Origin: Centroscyllium fabricii
Lineage: Eukaryota
Reading direction: 5' to 3'
Assembly (NCBI GenBank): GCA_051313645.2
Contig: JBNRSN020000019.1
Coordinates: 54,560,001-54,624,000 of the forward strand
DNA length: 64,000 nt
This document shows, piece after piece, positions 51,442-64,000 of this stretch. Every line of letters begins with the position of its first letter. Positions within the stretch are counted from its first letter, which is position 1. Made by a program: the position numbers and the translations under genes. Under the pieces are notes generated by a model. That model was not told the DNA's origin and ran no database searches. It was given only the letters and a program-made list of their open reading frames with translations.

Positions 51442-51735
51442 TCTATGATCAGTTGCCGACCGCGGGCCTCTCTCCTCGCACTCTGATCAGTTGCCAACCG
51501 CGGGCCTCCCCCACCCCTCGCACTCTGATCAGCTGCCGATCTCCCTCCCCCCCTCCTCGCACTCTGATCAGCTGCCGATCCTCCGACCCACTCCTCGCAC
51601 TCTGATCGGCTGCCGACCTCCCGACCCCCACCTCGCACTCTGATCAGCTGCCGATCGCGGGCTTCCCTCCTCGCACTCTGATCAGCTGCCGATCGCGGGC
51701 CTCCCTCCCCGCACTCTGATCAATTGGCCGATCGG
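51442..51735. repeat. ~30-bp minisatellite (CCTCGCACTCTGATCAGCTGCCGATC core, about 9 units) inside a GC-rich Harbinger-like element (about 51157-52137)
   Basis: Direct reading of the repeated units; the host starts GGGCGGGAAATTC and has subterminal inverted (TTAGCGCC/GGCGCTAA) repeats. Confidence 0.8.
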
Positions 51736-52617
51736 GACGCCTCCCCCTTCCCTTAGCAACTGACCAATCTCGGGCCAAAGAGGGAGGGTGGCCCTTTTAG
51801 CAGCGCTGCAGCGTCCACTCAAACCCGCTGCAGCGCTTGCAAAAGCTGGTGCCGGTAGCGCGGGGGGCGGTGGAAAGGCGCTAAACCCAATATCGGGCGC
51901 AGCCCACCGGGCGGGCGTTGCACACGCATTGTCACGACGATTGGTGATCGGCAAGCGGCGCTGCACTAACGTTTAGCGCCGGCGCTAAGCACAAGGCCAA
52001 TTTAGCGCCCGGCGCTAATTTGGCACCGGCCTATTAGCACCCATTCTGTGGGGTTCTCCCAGACTCCTGCTGTAACTTTGGAGGGAGAATAACAGAACCC
52101 CCCAAAGAAACCGTGGAACCCCTTGAATTCTCAGGCCATAGTATCCTCAATTACTTCATTGTAACATGTTTCAGCAATGAACCTGACACATTTGTGAGAT
52201 AATTAAATAAAATTATAAAGAAAAATTTGCTTTTTAAATTTTCTTTTAAGTGCTTTTGTCTTAGAATTAAGAAAAAATTACCTCGTGCTGCTAACCTGAT
52301 ATGCACTGGAGTTCTACCTTTTGTATGATCAGAGTATTTTCAGTTGCTGCATGTATAGGTACAAAGAGTAGCTTATTCATTGTGCCTGTCTTGCATGAAA
52401 GCATTTACAGAGAAAATATGACAGGAACATGTTCAGCTAATGAGGTCGAATAGTTGTAACATTAAATTTAGGCTGTGTTTTCTATTAGGTTTTATTTATC
52501 AGTACAGTATTTGCATTCAGTCCTTTCACATTTGTTATCTCGTGCACAGTTCTGGGGATGGGGCACCTTTTCTCATTTCACAGCCAATTGTTACCCTGCG
52601 CTGAGTCTGTAAGTTGC

Positions 52618-52869
52618 NNNNNNNNNNNNNNNNNNNNNNNNNNNNNNNNNNNNNNNNNNNNNNNNNNNNNNNNNNNNNNNNNNNNNNNNNNNNNNNNNNN
52701 NNNNNNNNNNNNNNNNNNNNNNNNNNNNNNNNNNNNNNNNNNNNNNNNNNNNNNNNNNNNNNNNNNNNNNNNNNNNNNNNNNNNNNNNNNNNNNNNNNNN
52801 NNNNNNNNNNNNNNNNNNNNNNNNNNNNNNNNNNNNNNNNNNNNNNNNNNNNNNNNNNNNNNNNNNNNN
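52618..52869. other. Assembly gap (252 N)
   Basis: Run of N. Confidence 1.
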
Positions 52870-55800
52870 TTGCTTCTTTGCATTACCATTGTAAATATGT
52901 GAGCTCATATATCTGTATATTTTGATGGATTTCAGTTTTTGTAGTTTTACATTTTTTGCACTTTGTAAATATATCCACTTTTATGGGTTTTTTAAAATGA
53001 CAAACTACTTCTAAAAGTGTTCTTTCTGAAATGTAGTTTTGAAAAAATGTGTGTTTTTATTGTGGTTTTAAAAAAGAACTTCACTTTATTTGGCTATTGT
53101 CAATGAGTTACTGTGTTGATTTTCTATTTATGATAGTCATACTAATGTTGCCTGCAGGCTTGCTGATTTTCTTTACAATCCTGGTTTTAAAGCACTAATC
53201 ATTGCATGGTAACATCTCCTGTTAGCACACGGCACATTTATGCAACATTTATTGTATTTGTCAGGTGTTTAGGAGACCACTGGGAGTTTTAATTAATGTC
53301 AGTTAAGAAGATACATCGTTCAGCTGATACCAGCTTGGCAAGTTTCTCATTTTCCTATAATCCATACACTCCTCTGTCTTTAGGGAAATATGCAAAATTA
53401 AAAGTTACACTGCATGCTGTTGTCTGTACAGCATCCAGCTCATCAAGCTAAAACTCTCATGCAAATTTTAATTTGCCCTTGAGCATAATTTAGAAACCAT
53501 AATCATTGAGGTTTTATGCAGCACAGATACAGGAAAGATACTCCATTAAACCACATGTTCTCATTCAGAGAATCGCATTCGTTACACAGTACAATCTTAA
53601 TTCATCATGCAAAAATTTGTGATCACAACAGAAGATATTTAATTTACATTGTAATGAAGGACTGTAAGAAAAATATTTCACCAAGAGTGGTTAGATTTAG
53701 TGTTAGGGTGCAGTAATTTGTTTTCTGTAGCAGAGCATGTTTTGTATTCCTGTAGTAATCCCTAAAGTACTGTACACTTGGCCTGACATATAGAGTCTTC
53801 TTCTATACTAGGATGACACTAAAAGATATGTAGAATGACTGACAATGTAGCAGATGCATGGCTCCTTCCCCAGACAAAACAGAAGGTATTGTTCTATTAT
53901 CAACTACTGTGAATTACCATTGTGTGCCCATCTGTGTTAAGACATATTACATGACTTCATGGAATTTACAGTGCACTCCTTCTGTAACTCGATTTTTCAA
54001 TGTTTAGTCCCTGGAGATTTTACAAAATGTCAAGCTGTAGCTTGCAAGAGAAAAGTGAAATCTACTGGAAACAAACACTTATGACCATTTCATGCCTGAT
54101 CTCCTTTGTGATGTTGTTCAGGGGGCAGGTGCTCTACAGAAGTATCGTACTGTAGGTGGGAATCTAAGTTGTTGGGAAATTAAGATTTTAAATGAATGTA
54201 CGGTTCAGGGCAAAACATATTTAAATAGACTTCATAATAGTGTTACAATTTGTTCAGTTATTAAGGGCCGTTCCCACTTTTTTCTCTACTTTCCAACCTT
54301 AAAGGTTCTTGACACGTGCAGACTTGTTTCCCTGTACGTCACTTTATTTTAAAAACAGGTGCCATCTGAAAGAAACTCTAATTATATTTTCAGTGAACAA
54401 TTAAACTGAGTTAAATTTAGTTGATACATGGTAGAAGTTCTCATTTAACTGATTTTATAGAACAATTTTTTTATTGACGAGCATTGGTAACAGATTTGTC
54501 AACACTTGCCAACAATTCATGAAATATTACTTATTCAGTGATTTACAAATATTTGCTGGGCAGAAAACCTAAACGGTAATGCCCGACCAAATGAGTGTGC
54601 CAGTTAGTTTAGCAACTGTGTAACAGCTACCTTTCATGATTTGTAAAACGTGTTGATACACGTTACCAGTTTGGTCAGCAAGTAGTTCAACAATTAGTCT
54701 TGGAATCTGTTAACAAATCTCCTGATCATTGCGGCTAGTGAATAAACCACCCTGACATTTTGTCACACTATTCCGTGAACTAGATGTTAAAACAAGAAAA
54801 CTAATCAATAAGCTAATTAACAGCAAATTTGTTGCCACATAATGACACAATGTGAATAGATTTGACAATTAAAATGCACCAAAGTTACAAGAATAGAGTG
54901 TTGTATGCCAACCATTATTTAGAAATTCCATCATTTAGGTGAGAACTAATTAAACCATTTTTTTCAAAAGACAATGGGAAGAAAAATCAAAGAACACAGT
55001 TTAATTTTGCTCTGAAGTAGTTTTGTTTTTCAAATACATTGCACTGTCTTCATGTTGTATGATTTTTGTTTAAATGCAGTGTTTTTCAGTTGGTGACCTT
55101 TTTTTCTTATTTACCACCATTAACTATCCTCGTTAGGATTCTGTCACAATTTTGATATTAGCATTAACCAGCATTAATGTACAAAGGGGAATCAGTCTTC
55201 TGCTTCTGATCAAGTTCTGCAAGGAAAGATATAAACATCTTCTGAACCATTATCTGACTATCTAAAATATATTTAAAATGGTACAGCAGCATTTCCTGTT
55301 CACCATGTCACACTAATTATTTCACATTTCTCTGTCACATTTAATTTTAGGTAAATTTATTCCAAGTTAATGTCTTGCAGCTGATTGGCTCGTATGCAGA
55401 TTTCTTCCAATAATCTAGTTTCAAGAAAGAAAGAAAACCAGTCATTGAGAATGTACAGAGAAACTCCTCCAGTGGCAAAGAATGCCTTATTGGCACAGCA
55501 GTCACAATATTTGTACCTTAGAATTTCAAATACTTTTCGGGTAAATAAGGCAGACATTTCATCCTGGACTCAAATCTATTGCCTGGAGAGCAATTAAACT
55601 CAAATTTACTGCCACATGAGTCAGACATCCTTGATTACACTTAAAAAAAAGAAACCCAGGCATTTTAACTTGGGCAGGAGGCCTAGAACATGTATCCAAT
55701 TTATTTCATTGGAGATGTATGCCCTTCCTTCACTTCTACACCTCAGCATCCTCTGTCTTGCAACAATATGATCTGTGATCCTGGAATTACCATGAGCAAT

Positions 55801-56366
55801 GCCACAGGTGATCAGCTACTAAATATATTAAGAACAGTATATGAGCATTCACTGATGTCACACTTCAGACATTGCACTTCAATGCAGATGCAAAACCCTC
55901 TTGCAATACTGTGTCCCTTTAAGCTATAAAATTGCTATTCACAAAGTTCCCTGACCAAGCAACAATTAACCTGTGCTTGTCCTCAGGCTGTGTTCAAGCA
56001 ATTTGAATTTTTTGCCTTAAAGTGGTAAGCCACCTTAAAAATCTCTACACCTTTGCAGAGGACTAATACATTGTACATTATCATGACCAATACTCTGTAT
56101 ACCCCTCTACCATTTTCTCTTTCCAACATCCCCTTGCAAAAGCATTGCCTATGACTCACCATGAGTTAGCAACTTTTGTGTATTTTGAATGTGTATTCGA
56201 AGTGTCCCACATGGGATACCGTAGTGGTGATTTACAAGGCACTATGGGAAATGAAGTGAAGAAGCACATTGTAAATAAAATGGCCATTAACTAAACACAC
56301 CAGCCCAGAGTCCTTCTTAATTGTTATATAGATAAGGGTATAAAACCCCTTGAGACACAACAAAAC

Positions 56367-56378
56367 TGGCGACGAGGA
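56367..56378 (+). promoter_or_regulatory. tRNA primer-binding site of G3, complementary to the tRNA-Ser(GCT) 3' end
   Basis: TGGCGACGAGGA lies 4 nt after the 5' LTR; vertebrate tRNA-Ser(GCT) ends ...TCCTCGTCG-CCA. Confidence 0.8.
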
Positions 56379-57249
56379 CGACGGACTTGCGCATCACTTT
56401 GCACTGGAATCGGTGATGTTAAAGGAGGAAGTCCCTGTCTGTTCTTAATGGCACGCCCGCAGTTTAGTGCTGATGCAATCGCCTCATAAAAGTGGTGGTT
56501 CGTGTGTTACACAAATAAGAAGGGGTTGAGTAATGATAAAGTACAACGAAGTGGAGGAAAAGGATTAGAAAAAAATGGCTATGCTAACCGGAGCGTTTGG
56601 ACCATTTGATGAAACGGCGGAGCAATGAAGTGCTTATACAGAGCGTTTTGGATTTTTCATGACTGCAAATGGCATTAAAGATGACGTGAAAGTGGCGACG
56701 TTCCTCAATGTGATCGGAGCAAAAACATTTGGCTTGTTACAGAGTTTGATGCACCCGGATAAGCCCGGCGCTAAGACATATGATCAGATTGTGGAAGAGT
56801 TGGAAACACATTTCGCACCCAAGCCACTGCTGATTGCCAAGAGGTTCAGGTTTCACAAACAAAACCAAGGGGAGGGTGAGTCCATAGCCGAATATGTTGC
56901 AGTGCTAAAGAAACTAACTGAGCATTGTGAGTTTGGTGAAACTCTAAATGACACTGTCCGTGATAGGTTTGTGTGTGGATTAAGATGTGAAGCGACACAG
57001 AAGCGCTTGCTCACGGCTGACAAACTGACGCTTAAGTCAGCAATGGAGCTCGCTGTGTCTATGGAGTTAGCAGGTAAAGATGTACAGCTGTTGGGGGCTG
57101 CAACAAGAGTGCACAGGGTAGCAGCTACACCAGATAAGCATGAAAGGGGTGCCAGAGAGTGTTACAGATGTGGAAGGTCAGGTCATCAGCCATCTGCCTA
57201 CTGGTGCAACGACCTGACCTGTCGGAAATGTGAAAAGAAAGGTCACATT

Positions 57250-57415
57250 CACAACGTTCAAGAAGCATTTGGATGAGCACTTTAAATGCCACAGCATATA
57301 AGGCTACGGACCAAATGTGGGAAAATGGGATTAGAATAGACTAGGATTAATGGGCGGCATGGATGCGATGGGCCAAAGGGCCTCTCTCTGTGCTGTATTA
57401 CTCTATGACTCTATG
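57250..57415 (+). mobile_element. Short CR1 3' end inserted in the G3 gag zinc knuckle
   Basis: ACATT duplicated on both sides; (ACTCTATG)n tail; removing it restores CRKCEKKGHI-ERAC. Confidence 0.85.
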
Positions 57416-58402
57416 ACATTGAACGTGCGTGTAATGGGCAAAGCAAACAATCCTACACAGATACACAAAAACAAACAAGGAAACACATCCAACTGGCGTT
57501 CTAAAAAGAAAAACCTACACAAGGTGAAACAAGAACAGGAAGACAGTGACACAAACTCTGATGGGGAGCTGAATCTCCATGTGTAACGGTGAATGGAGGC
57601 TAATCAGGCTATGGAGTCACTCCACTACTAGAGGGAATAACGGTCAAAATGGAGCTGGATACGGGGGCCGCTGTCTCCTTGATTTCAGAGAAGCTATTCA
57701 AAGAAAAACTGAACCACCTATCACTGACGCCAGCCAAGCTCATCTTAAAGACCTACACTGGGGAAACAGTCCCAGTGCTGGGTAAGACGGAGGTCAAGGT
57801 GGAGCTTAATGGACAAACCATGATGCTGCCAATTTACGTGGTCAAGGGTGACTATCCATTCCTGGTGGGCAGGCCATGGTTGGAGAAAATTCATCTCGAT
57901 TGGAAAAAAGTGAATGCGGTGTCAGTCGAAGAGGCGGGGCTAGCGGCAGTGTTGACAAAGCATGCGGCTGTCTTTGACGGATAATTGGGGAGTATGAAGG
58001 GGATTATGGTAAACTGAAGGTGAAGCCTGACAGCCAGCCACGATTCCTGCAGGCCAGGAACGTTCCCTATGCCCTCAGACCAAAGGTCGAGGCTGACCTG
58101 GAGCGTCTGGTCAAGATAGGGTTCCTGATGCCGGTTTCGCATAGTGAGTGGGCCACACCCGTGGTACCAGTGATGAAGAGTGACGACGCGGTTCGTTTAT
58201 GTGGAGATTTTAAAGTAACAGTGAATCCTGTGCTCTCAGCTAAACAGTACCCCCTCCCCATCATTGAAGATCTTTTCGCGGGTCTAGCAGGCGGTCAGAA
58301 GTTTAGCAAGATTGATCTATGCCAAGCCTACTTGTAGATGCATGTAGAAGAGGACTCACGGAAGTACCTCACCATCACCGCCCACAAGGGCCTCTACAGG
58401 TA

Positions 58403-59006
58403 CAGGTTGAGCACCATTAATCCGGCACGGGCGGGACCAGGCCAGTGCCGGGAAAGTGAAAATCCCGAACGATTGAAGCTTCGGAGAGCGCATGCGCAGA
58501 CCATTCAAAATGGCCACCGCAAAAGGCTGGCGGCCAGTTAGAGTGGTCTGCGCATGCGCTTATTGTTCGGCGAGTCCTGGCCCAGCATCGTTCGGATGGT
58601 CCCGGCCCGCGTTCGGGGAATCCTGGCCCAGCCCGCGTTCGGGGAATCCCGGCCCAGCCCGCGTTCGGGGAATCCCAGCCCCGCCCGTGTTTGGGTTGTC
58701 CTGGCCCAGCCCGCTATTGGCTCGGAGAGATCATTTACCGAAGCATCAATCGCGGCGGCCATTTTGCGCATGCCGGACGTTCGAAGCTGCCGGTTTTTCG
58801 GGTAACGGATTAACGGGGATAGGGTGGGATATGTGTCGTTGCAGGCTCGATAGGGATCGAGGGATATGGGGAGAGGGCAGGGCAGGGTACTGGGTTTGGA
58901 TGATCAGCCATGATCTCATTGAATGGCGGAGCAGGCTCGAAGGGCCGAATGGCCTACTCCTGCTCCTAGTTTCTATGTTTCTATGTTTCTAACAGTGCTC
59001 AACCTG
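58403..59006. mobile_element. pogo/Tigger-type MITE inside G3 RT, itself carrying a truncated HE1 SINE (58815-58989)
   Basis: CAGGTTGAGCAC TIRs; TA TSD; removal restores GLYRY-CRLPFG; the SINE is flanked by TAAC duplications. Confidence 0.9.
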
Positions 59007-59984
59007 TACTGCCGCCTACCCTTTGGTGTAACATCAGAATCAGCATTGTTTCAGCGGGCTATGGACCAGATCTTAAGCGGCGTTCCAGGGTACAGTGTTA
59101 TCTCGATGATATCCTTGTCAAAGGAAAGGACGATAATGAGCATCTGCAGAACATGACGAAGACACTGGGAAGACTTGAAGAATATGGCTTACGCGTTCGC
59201 AAGGACAAATGCAAATTTTTCAAGCCATCAGTGGAGTATCTAGGCCATGTCATCGACGCGGACGGCCTACACACAGCACCGTCAAAAGTGAAAGCCATTG
59301 CCGACGCTCCTGCACCTACAAGTGTTGGCCAGCTGCAGTCATTCTTAGGTCTCCTGAACTATTACGGAAAGTTTATTCCACAGCTGGCATCACTGTTGAA
59401 GCCATTTCATGGGTTGCTGTGTCAGGGCAAGGCCTGGGCGTGGACAAAGGAGTGCAAAGCTACAATCAAGAAAGCCAAAGCAGCTTTAACTGACCCCAGA
59501 GTGTTGACGCACTTTGACCCGTCGTTGCAGATTCAGCTGGCCTGTAATGCGTCACCTAATGGCCTTGGCGCGGTCATGTCCCACATCTTTCCTTCAGGCG
59601 AAGAGAAGTTGATTGCATTCGCATCAAGGTCCCTGAGCAAGGCAGAGGTGAAATAACCGCAGATTGAAAAGGAGGCTTTGGACATCACCTTTGGAATCCA
59701 AAAGTTCCATCACTACTTGTTTGGAAGGAAATTCACCTTGCTGACGGATCATCATCCTCTGACATCGATCTTTGGTCCACACACAGGAATACCCTCCCTG
59801 GCAGCATGCAGGATTCAGCGCTGGGCGCTGATGTTAAGCGCTCACAATTACAACATCAAATACCGGAGGTCAGCAGCACATGGCAATGCGGACAGATTGT
59901 CAAGACTTCCACTGCTTGTGCCCTCTGAAGGCTGTGAGCAGAAGATTTTCTACTTTGACATGATGAGCAATGCCCCTGTCACGG

Positions 59985-60221
59985 TGTGGTAACCGTGTAT
60001 AACCACTGTACATAGTTGCTAGTCTACATGTATAATATTGTAGGCCAGGTCAGCCACACCCCTAACTCCTCCCCTCAGGTCGGAGTATATAGGTGAGTGC
60101 AGACCTGCCCCCATTCATTCTTCACCTTGACCTCATCAGGAGACCAGCTCCATTCTTAGTTAATAAAAGCCTGTAGTTTAGGTAACTACTCGTCTTTGTA
60201 TGATTAATTGACGATACGTCA
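59985..60221 (+). mobile_element. Solo LTR nested in G3 pol
   Basis: TSD CACGG (59980-59984 / 60222-60226); closely similar to 3477-3714. Confidence 0.93.
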
Positions 60222-62332
60222 CACGGCCCGGCAGGTCAAGAAACAGACCAGAGTGGACCCTACGCTATCCAAGGTGCTGGATCGGGTGATGTGAGGAGAT
60301 GGATCACGGGTGTCAGACGCATCACCTGAGCTCCTACCTTACCTGTCAAGAGGGAAGGAGTTGTCTGTCACGTCAGGATGCCTCCTTTGGGGTATGCGAG
60401 TGATCATACCACCAAAGCTGCCAAAACATGTCCTCAACGAGCTTCACTCAGGACATTGTGGTATTGTCTGGATGAAGGAGCTGGCACGAAGCTCCTTTTG
60501 GTGGCCTGGTCTGGATCAGGAAATTGAAGTTGAAGCGAAATCATGCCCATCATGCGAGACAACCAGGGATACACCAAGAGCAGCGCCACTGCATCCATGG
60601 GAATGGCTGGCGACACTGTGACAATGGATCCATCTGGACTTCGCGGTACCAGTGGAAGGAGCGATGTTCCTGGTCGTGGTGGACTCCCATTCCAAATGGC
60701 TGGACATTGCAGTAATGTCCACTACCAATACGGAGAAAACCATTGAGACTCTGAGAGAGATGTTCGGGCGATTTGGTCTGCTGGAACAGATCGCAACCGA
60801 CAATGGAACACAGTTTACATCCCGGGAGATGGAGGAGTTCCTCAAGAGCAATGGAATCCAGCACACATTCTCTGCGCCTTATCATCCATCCATGAATGGA
60901 TTGGCGGAGAGATTTGTCAGAACGCTGAAACGCGCGTTGAAAGCTGCAAGAAGTGATGCTCCACTAAAGCAGCGCCTGAATGCTTTCTTGCTGAAATACC
61001 GAAACACGTCCCATGCTACGACTGGAGCATCTCCTGCTTACCTACTCATGGGAAGGCAGCTACGGACACGCCTTGCCCTGCTGAGGCCAACGTCCACAGA
61101 AGCAGTGGTGCACGCCAATGAACAGGATCAAGTCAGCAGACGAGCTCAGAGGTCCAAAGAACGACACTTTGTGGTGAGAGGGCAAAGTCCTCGTGCATAA
61201 CAACACCACCCTGGAGCGGTGGGTCCTGGCTGCGGTTATTCAAAAGACGGGCCCCGTTTCATACCGAGCCCGCACCGGAGACGACCGATCATGGAGATGG
61301 CATGTAGACCAGTTACTGCCAAGACAGTCACCACAGGTAACCCAAGAAACAGAGGATCAAGGACCTGCTGGGGGCTCCAGCAGGGACTGGTCGTCCGAAC
61401 CTGAGATGGTGACACCATCCACTCTTGTGCCATCGAGGGAGGAAACCACGCCTGCAGGGTCACAGGGGAGCCAGCCAGAGCCTGCTCCTGAGACTAGGCG
61501 TTCCCCCAAAGAGAAAGGCAGCCTCCAGAGCAGCACCTTAGTTACAGTTAGTGCTAACCTGTGTGCATGGGGCAGAATAATCCCCAGGGTTAGTGGAATG
61601 TAGAGGCAGTCTACCCTCTCTTCCAAAGTTATAGTCATTTTCAGTTATTCTGTTTTGTGGACATTCTATTTTAAAGGGGAGGAATATGTTGTGTATTTTG
61701 AATGTGTATTAGAATTGTCCCACTTGGGATACCATAGTGGTTATTTGCAAGGCACAATGGGAAATGTAGTGCCTTGAGTGAAGAAGCACATTGTAAATAA
61801 AATGGCCATTAACTAAACACACCAGCCCAGAGTCCTTCTTAATTGTTATATAGATAAGGGTATAAAACCCCTTGAGACACAACAGCAACAGTGACCAATA
61901 AATGAGAGACATCAAACCAAAATATTCAAATTGCACCAACTATATTTCACAAATCCTCCCGGCTGCCATCTTGAACTGCCGCCATCTTAAACTGCCACTG
62001 GCTGACAAATTTAACAGTAGAAATAAGGTTTGCAATACAATAAAGATATTTAAAACTGACAAAATATACAAGAATATATTAAACTAACTGATAAAATAGC
62101 ATGTTTGTGTCTAAAATCGGTATAAAGAGGCTTCAGCCTCTCTGAAAAGTCCAGGTCTAGAGTTCATTGCCATGCCAGAGCCAACAGGGTCAGGATTATG
62201 GTAATAGCAGGAACATGAGCGTAGAAAGGAGATAGACAGGTGGAGATTTTGGATCGATGAAGTGGGTTCTGGAAGTTTTCTTAGGTCCAGAGGTGGATGA
62301 TAATGGAGGCTACCAGCCTTCAATTGGAGCTG

Positions 62333-62707
62333 GGGCTGTGGAATTTGCTGCCCCAGAGAGCTGTGGAAGCTACTACATTGAATAAATTTAAAACAGAGAT
62401 AGACAGTTTCCTGGAAGTAAAAGGAATTAGAGGTTATGGTAAGTGGACATGAGGCTAGGTTCAGATCGGCCATGTGATCTGGACCAGTTTTCGATCGTCT
62501 CGATGGGTCGGAGAGGAATTACCCAGATTTTTTCTCCCAAATTGGCCACTGGGTTTTTTACCTGGTTTTTCGCCTCTCCCGGGTGATCACATGGGTTTGG
62601 GCGGGATGGAGAGTAGAAATAAAATTGAGGTTAGGATCAGATCAGCCATAATCTTGTTTAAGGGCCGATTGGCCTACTCCTGCTCCTATTTCTTATGTTC
62701 TTATGTT
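62333..62707 (+). mobile_element. CR1 3' fragment, same subfamily as 10500-11986 / 18044-18400
   Basis: Matches 11935-11986 joined to 18049-18400 without the Gypsy insertion. Confidence 0.88.
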
Positions 62708-64000
62708 CAGTTTGTCTGAGCCTTGGTCCATTTGCCCACATCTCTATTCATGCCCTCATGCCCACCCTCCCGAATATTGTGCTTATAAATACAGTATACG
62801 TAAGCACAGTAAGTGCTTTTAAATACAAAGAGGTTAAAGCTAGGAAACTGCTGAAAGGAAGACACTGAACAGGGAGGAGGCATGCTGGGAGAACTCTGGT
62901 CGTGGCCAAGTCAAGTCCCAAGAGGACGAAGCCTCGTAAACAGTCTAGAACTGGTGGGAGCACTGGGGTTGGGAGATCTGGCAGAGGAAAAGTGGGAAGC
63001 TCAGGAATTGGCTGCAGCAGCCTGAAGCTGCTCATCAAAGCACAAACTAGGCTAGAGATTGACCTGGGAAGTATCAAAGGTAAATAGGCTACAGTGCCAC
63101 CTACCTTGCAGACCAAATATGGCAGACTCCGTGAAAGATAGCATGACATAAATGTAATTGACAGAGAAAATGTGATGGAAATTGTATGAGAGCACACAAC
63201 AGCGAGACATACAGGCATGTAAACATTGATAGGTAGATATCGAAGCAGAGGCATAAGACATAGACAGAGAGAGAGAGAAACGGATGGAGATAAGAGAGCC
63301 AAAAACTAGGAGAACGAGACATCCATTCAGAGAGAGAGAGATATATGGGGACAATAGGGTACCTGACATGTGGTTATGCTTCAGGTCCACAGTCGTATTA
63401 TCTGCCTAGTCAACACCCGGTGAGCACAGCAGAGAACAGTGCGGGCCCTGTGCTCTTTAACTGTGATCATCCTGTGTACTGACTGTGAACAAGGCTCCTT
63501 GTGGCCTCAGATTTTATTCTAATTAGAGTAAAGAAGCTGGAGCACCTGAAACATGCTACAGTCACTTAGTGCCTTTTTCCCACATGTGTATCAAGGCCCT
63601 TCCAATATTATTTTATTGCTGGCCATTCCTTTGCTTGGCCTCCAAAGACCATGTGGGGGATGGAGCCTTTCTGCCCCATGGCACTGTTGTCCTCATAACT
63701 TTTAAGGGAAGCCAGCGGCTTTTTAATAACATCTGGCATCCAATAATTCAACCCCTCTAACTTGACACTCCCAAAGGGGGATTTTAATTCCCTCCGCCTG
63801 ACGGAAACTGGGCAGTATGGGGGTTAAAATCGAAATGGTAGACTTACTACTGCTTTTCTGCCCTCCTGCCATCTTTAGGCTGCTGGTTTAGTGGGCAGCT
63901 GAGCCACTGCCTGACTCCGGTGGGAGCCTCATGATACATTTAAATCAGGGTCCTGTTACGTAGAAACCATTTTTACAGCCTAGGTGAAAGTTCCAGTTGG

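Larger units (their letters stand above)
56174..61884 (+). mobile_element. Ty3/Gypsy LTR retrotransposon (element G3, probably Mag-like), decayed, with four nested insertions
   Basis: LTRs 56174-56362 and 61687-61884; TSD GCAAC; PPT AAAGGGGAGGAATA; gag CCHC, ELDTGA protease, RT, RNase H and integrase fragments with many stops. Confidence 0.93.

Noticed and set aside
52558-52925. ORFs spanning poly-X
   Set aside because: Artefacts of the N gap.

Overview
Eukaryotic, transposon-saturated intronic or intergenic DNA, most likely from a shark or other cartilaginous fish (inferred from HE1/V-SINE and SacSINE1-like Deu-SINE copies and CR1 tails). No host protein-coding gene can be called with confidence; nearly all long ORFs are transposon remnants. 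Contents: three full-length Ty3/Gypsy LTR retrotransposons with LTR pairs and 5-bp TSDs (11987-18043 -, 28469-34790 -, 56174-61884 +), five solo LTRs, a decayed two-gene PIF/Harbinger transposon (6026-10068) with Myb/SANT-bearing derivatives and MITEs, two pogo/Tigger-type MITEs, CR1, L2 and RTE LINE fragments, SINEs, an ~0.9 kb inverted duplication and a 252-N assembly gap. Most interesting: (1) the two young minus-strand Gypsy elements have no tRNA primer-binding site; instead a 13-nt sequence next to the 5' LTR is perfectly complementary to the LTR poly(A)-signal segment, with a compensatory base change between the two elements, and both have YLDN rather than YxDD in reverse transcriptase; (2) two non-coding retroposons with no tRNA head, a YY1-like 5' motif, GC-rich internal tandem repeats and a TGACAATAAA + microsatellite tail.
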